Origin: an uncultured bacterium
Lineage (GTDB): Bacteria > Armatimonadota > Abditibacteriia > Abditibacteriales > Abditibacteriaceae
Assembly: GCA_963843795.1 (NCBI GenBank)
Contig: CAWJLW010000006.1
Coordinates: 2,740,375 to 2,804,374, forward strand
Direction: 5' to 3'
Length of the DNA: 64,000 nucleotides
Shown here in pieces: positions 19,737-30,400 of the stretch; positions within the stretch are counted from its first letter, which is position 1, and every line of letters starts with the position of its first letter. A program made the translations under genes and the position numbers. Under the pieces are notes generated by a model. That model saw only the letters and a list, made by a program, of their open reading frames with translations, did no database searches and was not told the origin of the DNA.

Positions 19737-21714
19737 TCACGGCAAGCGATAAACACGATAGCCGCCAAATTCCTGCAAAAATTCCGCGTTATTTTGAATC
19801 AGCGCGCCAGTTTCCGGAGACAAACCCAGTGCGCCGCCGTTGGTTGCGGGCCGCGTGTTCCACAAAATATGCGTCGTTCCCAGCGCGCGCAACTGCTTCA
19901 AAAGCGATGGCCAATCGCGCGCGGTATTGTAATCAATTAATTGATTATGAGCATCATCGGCCCAGAAATAAGCGCGCTGCAAATACAAATCGCGCGGCTC
20001 GCCCCAAACAGCTACCATCGCATTTGCCGGTAGATTCTGGTTGATCCAATTTTGCGCACGATACGGCGGAAGCGCAGTGGGGAGCCAATCGCGCGGCGCA
20101 GTGTGGCCGCTGACGACCGGCCACATGTAATGGTTGTTAAACGAAAAAAGGCGCAAGGAAACCGCGCACCACAGCACCACAAGGCTTGCTAAAACAGTTT
20201 TCAATATGCGTGAGAACTGCAAAAGTTGCGACAATGCCCAGCCGCAACCCGCGCTCCACAAGGCGAGCGCAGGCAAAAGATAGCGCGCATATTGTCCGGT
20301 CGCGGCCCAAAAAATCCAGTAAAACGCCATCGTCCACACCCAGAAACCGACCACGCGCGGCTTGTTTTTCATCGCGACGAGTGGCGCGCCAAACGCCAGC
20401 AGCAGCGGGCCAATCATGGTTTGCGCGGCCAAACCGCCCGATTCAAAAAGCCCACTGGCGACGGAATTATCGCCGGGTGCATACGAAAGTGGCCAAAACG
20501 GTAAACCGAAAATTTGTCCGTCAGCCGTTGCCACCGCGTTGAAGGGCATGAAAGTAAGACGAAACGGCAGCAAAAGCCAGTCGGCAGGCGTGCGTCCAAA
20601 GCCGTATTTTAATTGGTCGGCGCTGTAAGCGCGCGCCATTTCGATTGTCCAATTGCGTCCGCCGAAAATTTCATAGGCAAATGGAAACACCGGATTGCCG
20701 GTTTGCAACCAGTTGCGCACGTACCAACCGCCACCCAGAATTAGAACGATTGCGCATAATCGCACAAAAATTCGCCAATTCGTGCCGCTTCGGTCGCGCG
20801 TTTTGCGCAAATCAAATAGTAGCCACGCGCCCAGCCAAATCAAAAACAACGCGCCCAAGTACTTGCTGCCCAACACGAATCCGCCCAAAACCCCGCACCA
20901 AAGCAACCATGACCGCCGCGTTTGCGCGCTTTGATTTTCGCACCAGCGCGCATTGGCAAAAGCTCCAAAAGCCGCCACTACAAAAGCCACCAGACCTAAA
21001 TCGATATACGCGGTGACGGCTTCGTTTTGCACAACTGGAATTGAAACCCATACGATTGCGCCCAGACAACCGGCGCGGCGCGACAGGTGACGCGTCGAAA
21101 CCGCGATGAGGAGAAGCGCGCTGAGGGGCAACATCAGCCAGTGAAAAAGTTTGGCACCAACCGCGCCCGCTAAAACATCGCTACATAAACTCAGCGGCGC
21201 GGCGAACAACATTTCAAGAGTGAAAGGAAAAAACGTGTGATGATCGTAAGGCAACGCGATGACACGCCCGGCTTGCACATAACGCAGCGGCGCGGCAAGA
21301 TGATAAACCAGCGAATCGTAATCGTTGCCCGATGGCGGCACGAGCGCGAAAACGAAAGTTAAGATGAAAGTTAGCAGTAAATAAACGGCGCAGGTTTTCT
21401 CGGACGCATCGCAAGTTACTTGCGGCATGAAGCAAACGCTGCAAACGCGCGCGGCAAGTACTTGCTGGTGAATTTTGGCGGGCGCCCCACAGCGCGCCCG
21501 CCATTAATATCGACAACGTGGCAATGACGGTGAATGCGTTAAGCGCCCAGAAACCGACAGTCCACAGCGCCAGCGCCCACGCGCCCAGCAGCGCAAGTGG
21601 CGGCCACAGCAGTGCTTCGAGCGTTGAAAGTTCCGGCCCACCAACGGCCAAACCCCACAAAATCAAGATGACAACAAAGACGATGAACAGCAAAGCAACG
21701 AACAAAAAAGTCAT
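19737..21714 (-). pseudogene. GT-C-like membrane glycosyltransferase, frameshifted at about 21416 (may be a sequencing error)
   Basis: ORFs 21214..21714 and 19737..21428 join (HAASTCDASEK) when the extra base in GCAAGTTACTTGC is removed. DSLVYHL, WYVRNWLQTGNPVFP and RYLLP motifs. Confidence 0.75.
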
Positions 21715-21906
21715 AGCAATGGGGCGCTATCGACACAAACGCATCAAATCGCACTTTGACCCAGCAAGGGCAGCGCACTCCAAAGCCAGAAGCCAACGAT
21801 TGTTACAGTCCACAGCGCGACCAAAATTTCTTTGAAGTTCATTTGAGGTTCCTGTAAAAGTGCGATACAAGTACTTGAGGCAAGTACTTGCATCGCCCAA
21901 TTTCGC

Positions 21907-24342
21907 TCAGGGTGTTACAGTAATTTCGTAGTTATTGGTAGAAAATTCGCCTGGCCACAATTTTTGGGCGGCGGCATCAGAAGCGGGCGGGACATTGGCG
22001 TTGTCGGGCAGCAGGCGCAACAAGCCAATCGATAGACGATAACGGCCCGCTGTGGGCGCGGTGATGGAAACACTGACTTTTCCATTTCCATCAGGCGCGA
22101 TGTCGCCGCGCAACCATTGATAAGCCCAGCGGCGGCGCGTGCCGCTTTCGCGATCAACCCACCGGTAAAACAAGCGCACCGGCTTCGAATCGCTCGCCTT
22201 CCAACCCGCTGTGCCCGTATTGAAGACTGTCGCATCGACTTTAAGAGTTTGGCCAGCTGTGAAAGCCGAAGGTAAATTCTCAATCTGCAAACGCGCGCGG
22301 TCGTTTTGGTTTGCACCCACAGTTGTTGTCGTGCCAGTAGGCGGTGCTGCGTCCGAAGATACGACAACTGCAGGTGTGGCGACCGGCGCTTGCGTGGGAC
22401 GTGCCGGATTACCCGCGTTGCTGGCTACAACAGCCGAAGTTTTATCATTGCGCGATGGGCGCGGCGGCGTGGGCTTTTTGAGGTTTGCCGGTGCAACGGG
22501 CGCGGTAATCGGCGGCGGCGCGTAATCTCCAGCGCGCGCTTCGGGAGCACGCAAAGCGCCCACCGGAAACGGCTGCAAAGTATCGTTAGATGAACTGCCG
22601 GTGGCGCTGGCAGGATTTACACCACTGCTTTCGAAAACTGCGCGTGGCGATAACACCGAAGGCGTTGAAGTGGGCGGGGGTGGCAAAGCCGGAATTGGCA
22701 AGATCGGCAATGAATTTCCCGTCGTGCCTCCTGATGGACGGCGCAGCGGTGGGGCGGCAGGCAACGGTGCGGCGACATTGGGCGTGCGCGGCACGCTCGC
22801 GGCGCGCGGTGTGTTGGGGCGTTCTGCACTAGCGGGATTGACTGGCAGCGTCACAGTGGGCGCCACTGTTTCGATGGGCGGCAAATCCATCGCACTGGGA
22901 TCGAGCGGCGCGAACAAGGGCAGCGTGACTGGGAGAATGCTTTGTGCCCAATCGCCCGCAGCGTCGCGCACCGTCAAACGCAGGGTCCATTCGTCGCGCG
23001 CGCCTTCGGGCGGCGTCCATAACGCCAAGGTTTCGTTCTGCGCCGGTGCATCGCGTGTGGAAATCGTTGTCCAGCGCTTGGGATCGCTGCCGCTGCCAGC
23101 TTCGATTTTAATTTGCAGCGGCCCATTTTCTTCGGAATAAGCCGTGCCAATAACCGCCAACGCGGATTCGTCTTTGGTCGCGTTGGCCGCAGTATTTTTC
23201 ACACTGAGAGCGGGTCGCAGGGCTGTCAGAACCGCGACGGGCGGCACGCGCAGCATCGGCATCGCCCACAAAGTACGCGCGGAGTTATCCGCTACGAGGG
23301 TATCGTCAGCATTGTTGGAAGGCACGGAATCTTCGAAAACAATCGTGTTGCCATCGGGCGTGAAGGCCGGATGCGATGCGCCTTCGGTGCCTTTCAAGAC
23401 GCGTGCTCCCGAACCATCCGAAGCCAGATAAACCAACTGCGTTGCATCGCTTTCGCTTTCGACACCATTGCGATTACTGGTCGCTACAACCGCGCAAATC
23501 GTGCGGCCATCGGGCGAAATCGCGGCATCGCGGCCATCGGCCAGCAGTAAACGCGCGCTGAGCGGAGCTTTGTCGTCGCCTTTTTCTTCGCGCAGCGGAT
23601 TGGTGCGGTAAAGACCGCCACGACCGGGACGCGTACTGCGATATAAAAGCGTGTTATCGTCCAACCAGCCCGAAAGCCGCGCTTCGGTGGCGATTTGATA
23701 TTGCGGTCCGCCTTCCAAACTCATCCAAAAAACTGCCAGACGACCGGCGCGTTGAGCCGAAAACGCCACACGAGCGCCACCCGGCGCCAGCGAAGCGCTA
23801 TTAACATCGTCGCGTGAGGGCGTCAGAAATTCCAACGCGCCCGTGCCGACGTTCAATAATGCCAGACGAAATTTGCCCGGCTTGTTGCGCACATTGGGCG
23901 CGACTTGAATCGTGGGCGCGTTGATTGTGCACAGAATGCGGCCATCGCGCGTAAAAACGGGGTTCTGCGCCGAAAATGGCGCGGACAGTTGCGTCAAGGC
24001 GCGCGCCGTCCAGCGCGTGTTGCGACCCGTCCATTCAAACTTCTTCGGGTCGGTGTCCGCAGAAGTTTCAGCAGTCGCCAGCCATAAGTTGCGCGCGCCT
24101 TCGCTTTGGCGCACGAAAAGCAACGCCGGTTTGCCCTGCCACTGGCCAGCGTAAGGCTGCGTTATCGACTGATCGTCAGGAGGAGAAGCATTGTTAGACG
24201 TCGGCTCGTTAAAGTCAACGACGAGCAAGCGCGGCGCACCGGGACGCGAGGCCGCCACAGCGCGCTCGCTAAGCGCGCCATTGAAAAGCGCAGCGCCCAG
24301 CAGCAAAAGGGCGCAACGTGAAAATTGGGGGAAATGTCTCAT
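21907..24342 (-). CDS. Secreted TolB-like beta-propeller protein with Pro-rich linker and C-terminal Ig-like domain
   Basis: Signal peptide, PD40-like repeats (SPDGR, FTPDG, FTRDG), P-rich linker and a V.NTG..W C-terminal domain. Confidence 0.7.
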   Translation of the reverse strand: MRHFPQFSRCALLLLGAALFNGALSERAVAASRPGAPRLLVVDFNEPTSNNASPPDDQSITQPYAGQWQGKPALLFVRQSEGARNLWLATAETSADTDPKKFEWTGRNTRWTARALTQLSAPFSAQNPVFTRDGRILCTINAPTIQVAPNVRNKPGKFRLALLNVGTGALEFLTPSRDDVNSASLAPGGARVAFSAQRAGRLAVFWMSLEGGPQYQIATEARLSGWLDDNTLLYRSTRPGRGGLYRTNPLREEKGDDKAPLSARLLLADGRDAAISPDGRTICAVVATSNRNGVESESDATQLVYLASDGSGARVLKGTEGASHPAFTPDGNTIVFEDSVPSNNADDTLVADNSARTLWAMPMLRVPPVAVLTALRPALSVKNTAANATKDESALAVIGTAYSEENGPLQIKIEAGSGSDPKRWTTISTRDAPAQNETLALWTPPEGARDEWTLRLTVRDAAGDWAQSILPVTLPLFAPLDPSAMDLPPIETVAPTVTLPVNPASAERPNTPRAASVPRTPNVAAPLPAAPPLRRPSGGTTGNSLPILPIPALPPPPTSTPSVLSPRAVFESSGVNPASATGSSSNDTLQPFPVGALRAPEARAGDYAPPPITAPVAPANLKKPTPPRPSRNDKTSAVVASNAGNPARPTQAPVATPAVVVSSDAAPPTGTTTTVGANQNDRARLQIENLPSAFTAGQTLKVDATVFNTGTAGWKASDSKPVRLFYRWVDRESGTRRRWAYQWLRGDIAPDGNGKVSVSITAPTAGRYRLSIGLLRLLPDNANVPPASDAAAQKLWPGEFSTNNYEITVTP

Positions 24343-24512
24343 GAGCAAAAACCATCCGTTCGATAAACCCAGTATAACCAGCGAAACTGCAATTTCCGCC
24401 CGCAAGTTTGGGTGCAAGCTTGCACCCAAACTTGTACCCAAACGCCAGGCAATTGATATGTGTCGCAGTTGCGGTTTAACTTTACGAGCGTTATGACAAA
24501 GGAAAATTAAAT

Positions 24513-25019
24513 ATGCGTTATCTTGCCATTGATTTTGGCACCAAGCGTTTGGGTTTGGCGACCTGCGATCCCGATGAAATTGTTGTCTCGGCATATCGAA
24601 GTTTGCAGCGCGTGGGCACCAAACGAGATGTCGCCGAATTGCTGCAAATCGTGCGCGGTCTGGGCATCAAAGCTATCGTTGTCGGTCGCCCGCGCGCGCT
24701 CGAAAGTTCGCAAACCGGCAGCAATGAAAGTGCCGCCGACCGCTTCACTCAGGCGCTGCAAGATGCGCTCGAAGCCGCACACCTTGAAATCGTTATCGAA
24801 CGTTGGGATGAACAATTTTCCACCAGCGAAGCGCTTAAACAGGGTCGTGATTTGAACATTTCGCAGCAACAGGGTCGCGATTCCAGCGGCGGCACGGCGA
24901 TTGATGCACGCGCGGCTGCCGTCATTTTGCAAGGTTTTTTGGACGCACGCCGCGAACGTCGTCAATACTCCCATTCCGAAAAGTCACCCGCAAGTACTTG
25001 CAGTGCCATTGCCGATTGA
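24513..25019 (+). CDS. ruvX: YqgF/RuvX pre-16S rRNA nuclease / putative Holliday junction resolvase
   Basis: LAIDFGTKRLGLA, VVGRP, DEQFST and IDARAAAVILQ motifs. Adjacent to mltG. Confidence 0.93.
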   Translation: MRYLAIDFGTKRLGLATCDPDEIVVSAYRSLQRVGTKRDVAELLQIVRGLGIKAIVVGRPRALESSQTGSNESAADRFTQALQDALEAAHLEIVIERWDEQFSTSEALKQGRDLNISQQQGRDSSGGTAIDARAAAVILQGFLDARRERRQYSHSEKSPASTCSAIAD

Positions 25020-25046
25020 TGCGCGCAGTGCAACTCTTTTCCTACC

Positions 25047-26378
25047 ATGAATTCATCCTCATCCACACCAAACGCGTCCGAAACTTCCGATACGCACGAA
25101 AATCCGGTTGTCTCGTCATCCGAAACGCTCGACCAAAACACGCCTTTTGATGCGTTTAGCTCAGCCGACGACGCATCCATCGCCGATCATTCGAGCGAAT
25201 CCAAATTTGAAGGCACAGCATCTAAAGTCGCGCGATCAGATGTAGCGCCGTCGGAATTTGTCGCGCCGGTTACCAACCAAGACGAAGTTCTTGAAGGAGC
25301 GCGCTTGAAAGCCGAGCAGCGCGCGGAGATGAAGCGTATTGGCAAATCGCGCGGTACCAAGCGCTTGATTTTCGCTTTGGTTGTAATTGTCGCAGCTCTG
25401 GTTTTTGTGCAGTACAAGCGCGAAAAAGAGCGCCAGTGGCGCTGGGCGTCGATTCCGATGCCCGACCGCACCGCGACCGTTCCCGAAGATTGGACGGTTG
25501 TTAAGTTGGGCGAAGCTTTAGAACGCAGTGGCAAAGTGCGCCATTCCGGCACCTTTGTTGAAGCGGCGGGCTTGGCCAAACTTGAACGCGCGACAGCAGG
25601 CGAATACGAATTGCCCGCACGCGCCACGCCTTTGGAACTCGCTCAGATTTTCGCCAAGCCGCCGACGATTTTCAAAGTCACTTTCCCTGAAGGTTTCACC
25701 TGTCGCCAAATCGCGGAACGACTCAAAGCGCGCAATTTCAAAAGCGCCGACGAACTGCGCGTGATGGCTTATCCGCCCGACAAAGATGTTTCACCCCAGG
25801 AAGGCTACTGGTTTCCCGCAACTTACGAACTGTCGATTGATGCCGATGCCAAAACCCTCGCGCACCAACTGCGCACGCGCTTTCGCCAGAGTTTGGACGC
25901 CCTTCCCAAACCTTATCCCGTCGGAGCCGATAAAAAACGGCTGACCGAAAGCGAATTGGTAACGCTGGCATCGATTGTCGAACGCGAAACCAGCGTGCCC
26001 GAAGAGCGCGCCCTCGTCGCTGGCGTGCTGCTGAACCGTTTGCGCAAGGGAATGCGTTTGCAGTGCGACGCGACCGTGCAATACGCGAGGCAAGTCGCTA
26101 AAGCGCGCGGCACGTTGAACGAAGGCCGCAAAAAGCGCCTTAGCATCGCCGATACGCGCATTGACTCAATTTACAACACCTACAAAATCAAAGGTTTGCC
26201 GCCCGCGCCCATCTGCAATCCCGGCGAAGCTGCCCTGCTCGCCGCCGCACGCCCCAAAAATTCGGATTATTTTTTCTACGTGATGTCGCCCGCGCAAGGC
26301 AAGCATCGCTTCGCCAAAACCTTCGAAGAACACTCGCGCAACGTGCGCTTATACCGACAAGAATTAAAAGCTCAATAA
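25047..26378 (+). CDS. mltG: Endolytic transglycosylase MltG
   Basis: TFPEG, LASIVERE, NRL..GM.LQCDATV and YNTY...GLPP.PICNPG motifs. Confidence 0.95.
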   Translation: MNSSSSTPNASETSDTHENPVVSSSETLDQNTPFDAFSSADDASIADHSSESKFEGTASKVARSDVAPSEFVAPVTNQDEVLEGARLKAEQRAEMKRIGKSRGTKRLIFALVVIVAALVFVQYKREKERQWRWASIPMPDRTATVPEDWTVVKLGEALERSGKVRHSGTFVEAAGLAKLERATAGEYELPARATPLELAQIFAKPPTIFKVTFPEGFTCRQIAERLKARNFKSADELRVMAYPPDKDVSPQEGYWFPATYELSIDADAKTLAHQLRTRFRQSLDALPKPYPVGADKKRLTESELVTLASIVERETSVPEERALVAGVLLNRLRKGMRLQCDATVQYARQVAKARGTLNEGRKKRLSIADTRIDSIYNTYKIKGLPPAPICNPGEAALLAAARPKNSDYFFYVMSPAQGKHRFAKTFEEHSRNVRLYRQELKAQ

Positions 26379-26384
26379 TTGAAA

Positions 26385-26436
26385 AGAAACCACAAAAGCG
26401 CTCGGCAAGTACTTGCCGAGCGCTTTTGTGGTTTCT
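26385..26436. terminator. 52-bp perfect palindrome centred on the iterated motif, probable bidirectional terminator
   Basis: AGAAACCACAAAAGCGCTCGGCAAGT|ACTTGCCGAGCGCTTTTGTGGTTTCT, between convergent mltG and acpS. Confidence 0.8.
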
Positions 26437-26443
26437 GATTGAT

Positions 26444-26824
26444 TTATTCGCCTTCAAAAATCACCACAGCAACAGCGACGCCGCCATCGTGGGTTAAGGA
26501 AACGTTGACGTTTTTCACGCCCATGTGCGAAGCAAGTTCGGCGGCGCGACCGTGAATGCGCAGAATTGGTTTGCCGCTGGGTAAACTCGCGACTTCAAAT
26601 TGTTTCCATGCCACGCCCTGACGCCAGCCGGTGCCCAATGCCTTACTCGCAGCTTCTTTGGCCGCAATGCGCGCGGCATATTGTTCGGCGTTGTTAACGT
26701 AGCGCTCGCAGTAAGCGATTTCGCCCTGAGTGAAACAACGGCGCGTGAAGCGCTCGCCGTAGCGCGCCAAATAGCGCTCGATGCGCTCGATACGACAAAT
26801 ATCGGTACCCAAACCTAAAATCAT
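26444..26824 (-). CDS. acpS: Holo-ACP synthase
   Basis: GLGTDI, AAKEAASKALGTG, GKP and SLTHD motifs. GAGG RBS. Confidence 0.95.
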   Translation of the reverse strand: MILGLGTDICRIERIERYLARYGERFTRRCFTQGEIAYCERYVNNAEQYAARIAAKEAASKALGTGWRQGVAWKQFEVASLPSGKPILRIHGRAAELASHMGVKNVNVSLTHDGGVAVAVVIFEGE

Positions 26825-26897
26825 AACCTCAGTAAAACCAAAAAGCGCGCTGCAAGTACGTGTGTATGTACTTGCAGCGCGCTTTGGGCTTTGAAAT

Positions 26898-27404
26898 TCA
26901 GGCCGCGAAGGCGCGCACGTCATCTTCGGACAAAACTTTGCCGGGCAGTTTTGCCGCGACATCTTCCAATTTCACGTTCAATTCGCGCGCGGCACGTCGC
27001 GCCGCAGGCGTCGCACGAATGCGCGAACCCGCTGTGGGCGCTGCGCCTTTGTTAGTTGTTGCAGGCACTTTGAGCGCAAGCGCGCTTTCATCGGATTTTT
27101 TGGATGCGCCGCGCTGCAAGGCTTCATTGGCGTTTTGGGCTTGGTTCAGCGCATCGCTAATGTTTTCACCGAGTTCGCCACACAGCGCGATGACAAAGCC
27201 GACGGGCACGATAGATTTTTCGGGCGCGACAATTTTTAACAGCGTGCCGGAAATTTCGGCGGGCAAATCGAAAGTGGTTTTTTCCGTAATGAGTTCGCAC
27301 AATGCGTCACCAATTTCGACGCGGTCGTTTTCGTTCTTGCGCCATGCACCGATTGTGGCTTCTTCCATGTTCTCGAACGCCTGCGGAATGATAATTGTCT
27401 GCAT
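26898..27404 (-). CDS. Stand-alone lipoyl/biotinyl domain plus E3-binding (PSBD) domain protein
   Basis: EATIGAW.K...D.V..GD.L.EL.TEK....PA...G.L..I lipoyl-like domain and ATPAARRAAREL...V...DV PSBD. No catalytic domain. Confidence 0.8.
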   Translation of the reverse strand: MQTIIIPQAFENMEEATIGAWRKNENDRVEIGDALCELITEKTTFDLPAEISGTLLKIVAPEKSIVPVGFVIALCGELGENISDALNQAQNANEALQRGASKKSDESALALKVPATTNKGAAPTAGSRIRATPAARRAARELNVKLEDVAAKLPGKVLSEDDVRAFAA

Positions 27405-27491
27405 AGTTTTTATGTCGCGTGAAGACATAGCAATTCTCGTCTGCAAGTACTTGCAGACGAGAACTGCCTGATTTTCAGCGCAAAACTGAAA

Positions 27492-30400
27492 TTATTTAAT
27501 CGTAACGGGAAAATGTGCGGTCGTGCTGAAATTGCCAGCGTTGTCGTCGGCTTGCAAATGCAGGAAATAAGTGCCGGGTTCGGCGGGCAAATCGCGCTGC
27601 GTTTCTAGAGTTTCTTCGGAGGGAATCGTGTTCGGCTCTTTGTCCCATGCCACGCGATATTTGCTGACGCCCGATAAATCTGTCGCTTGCCACTGCACTT
27701 TCCCCGCACCTTTGACCGGCGCAATTAGAGAAAAGTCGTCCAAATAAATTACAGTGCCCGGTGGTGTTTTCTGTCGTGGATCGATAAAATCGATGCCTTG
27801 AATTTCAGTCGGATTGGCTCTGGCGTCGCGCTTCAAAAACGGCAGAACATCGAACTGCGTCCAATGCCACTCATCGTCTGCGCTAATGTTGGAGACCGCG
27901 CCCAGAGTATCAGTGGCTTCGCCTTTCAAGCGAATGTTCCATGCGCGCCCGTCTTTTAAGCGCACACGCATCGACCAGTTGGCTTCTTTGGGAATGCGAT
28001 AGCGAAAGCTCACCAGATTCGCTTTGGTAGCGTCCCACGGCTGGTCGCGCGCAATGACGCCCATTGTGCTGTTTTTGCCCAGCGCAGTGATTTTCAAGAC
28101 CCGATTGCCGCTCGTATCGCCTTCGATTGTCACGATTTCTATCTGCGTTGCACCGCTATTATTTTCTCCATCATTTTTGGTCGTTTCTGGCACGTCGCGC
28201 CGGCGCCGTCCTGGGGTTGGAACACTGACAGCGACATCATCGGCGCTTTTCCACACCAGTGCGCCGCCTTCAAAATCTGTCCATTGCACCGGCGCGAAAT
28301 CTTTGCCCGCCAGACTGAGAACCGGCGCGGTTTTGTCCTGTGCGCGGTCGAAAACCCAGTTGCCTGCGCTTGGAGCGAGGGGCAAACCGGCGTAATCGCG
28401 CGCGCTCAGTTTCCATTCGACTTTGGCGCCATCTTGCAATGGCGGAAGTCCGCTCGCGCTGGCCACGCTCCAATGCAGCGAACTGGTGGCGTTATCGTAA
28501 TTAAGCGCCGGATGAGTGACATCATATTTCTGGCCTGAAGTTTCGAGCAAAATACTACGCGGATCGAGTGCGATATCGTCGTCGATTTGCCACGTCATTT
28601 GCGTAGGTGCCGCTTTGGTGTTATCGGAAGGTATCACTTGAGACACGCGCGGTGCCGTTCCACTGAGCCAGAGTGGAATATGATTGGTCGCGCTCCACAC
28701 ACCAGCGCCATTCTGCACGCGCAAATGAAGCCAGCGCCGACCTTGTCCAGGCACTTCCAACTGCGTGCCGGCAATGGCGTTAGCAGTATCGGGCACAGTT
28801 TCGGTTTTATCGTCGAGCACGAAAGCGATTTTTTGCACGCCGCTGACGGTATTTTCCACGACTTGGGCTTTGAGCGGCGCGCCATTTTCGACCGGAATGA
28901 AACGAAAATTATCGAGCCAGAAACGAATGCCCGCCGCGTTGCCCTGCCATGCCAGGTCGCCTAACCCAAACCAATTCAAATTGTAATTTGCGGCTTGCGG
29001 ACGCGCTTTTTGCATCCACTCGAACAAATTCACTTCTGCGTGATGCCACTGATTATCGGCTTGAACATTGGGAATGGTTCCCAGGGCGGGCCACGGATTA
29101 TCGGTGTCGGTAAAACCGATTTTCCAATTCTGGTTATCGAATGAAACCAGAAAATCGATGCGCAAATCCGGCGGCACGCGGTAATCGAACGAAAGAATCG
29201 GATATTTGCCGATGTCGTTCGATTTCAAGTTCAAATTGGCTCGGAACTGCGGGCCGTTGGATGGGCTGGTGAAACGCAGCGAATAATCGCCGCTGGCTTT
29301 GGTGCTGTTGTCGCGGTCGATGAGCGCCGCACCATCTCCGGTTGGAACCCAGCCGCCCGCGTTGTTTTCAAAATCGCCATCGTTCCACACTTCGCGTCCA
29401 TCGGCGAACTTGACCAAAGGCAACGGCGGAAGCGCTTTCATCTGCGCATAATCGACTTTAAGCGGGACAGATTTTTTATCGACTTCACGCCCTAAACTGT
29501 CTTTCAAACCTTCTAAATTCAGCGCGATTTCCTGTCCGTCTTGCCAGCGAAAACCGGCAGCGCCCGCCGCGAGCTGCAAATCGTCGCCATCAAGTTTCAC
29601 GGTGGAAGCATCGCGCTTAAAGGTTTGGTCGTCCACTTTCAATTGCAGGGTTGTCAAATCGAGACCGGCAGAAGTTTCCAGCGGAATATGCAGCGTGTCG
29701 CCGCTCAAGCGCGGAGTTCCCACTTGCGGCGCGGCTGCCGACATCACAAACGGATAACTGGCGCGAAACGCCTCGTCGCCTTCGACCGTTCGCAAAACGC
29801 TTAACAAGTGCGGCCCATCGGGGGTTTTAAGGCTCAGCGTTTTCTCATTCAACGGCTGATATTCGCCATCATCGAGCGAATACGTCAGCTTGGCTTTGGC
29901 ATCGGTGGCTTCGGCAGTTTGCAGCGCAAATTTGGCTTCTGCAGCAGTCGAGCGCGGGCCGCTGAGCGAAAAATTATCGAGATAGTAAGTCGCGCCGACC
30001 GGATTACCGCCGAAACCGGCAACCAGATAACCTTCGTTGTCCCAGTTGCCGATGATCAAGTCATCCACAATCAACTTATCTTCGGTCGGATACATTTTTT
30101 GCATCCACGCGCGCAGAGGCAAATCGGCGTGATGCCATTTATCGTCGGTCTGCACATCGGCGATATTGCCCAGCTTGATGCTGCCAGCACGCACGCGGTC
30201 GGGGCCGCTAAAAACCACGCCGTGATACTTGCCATTGATACGAAAAAACAGGTTCACTTTCACACTTGGCTGCATCCGATAATCGAAGCTGAGATGCGAA
30301 AATTTCAGCGCATCGAAAGCGGGCAAACCTGTCGTTACGCCAAAAGAACCGGCGTGCGTATTGACGATTTTCAACGCGCCGCCATCCAGCGCCATGCGCG

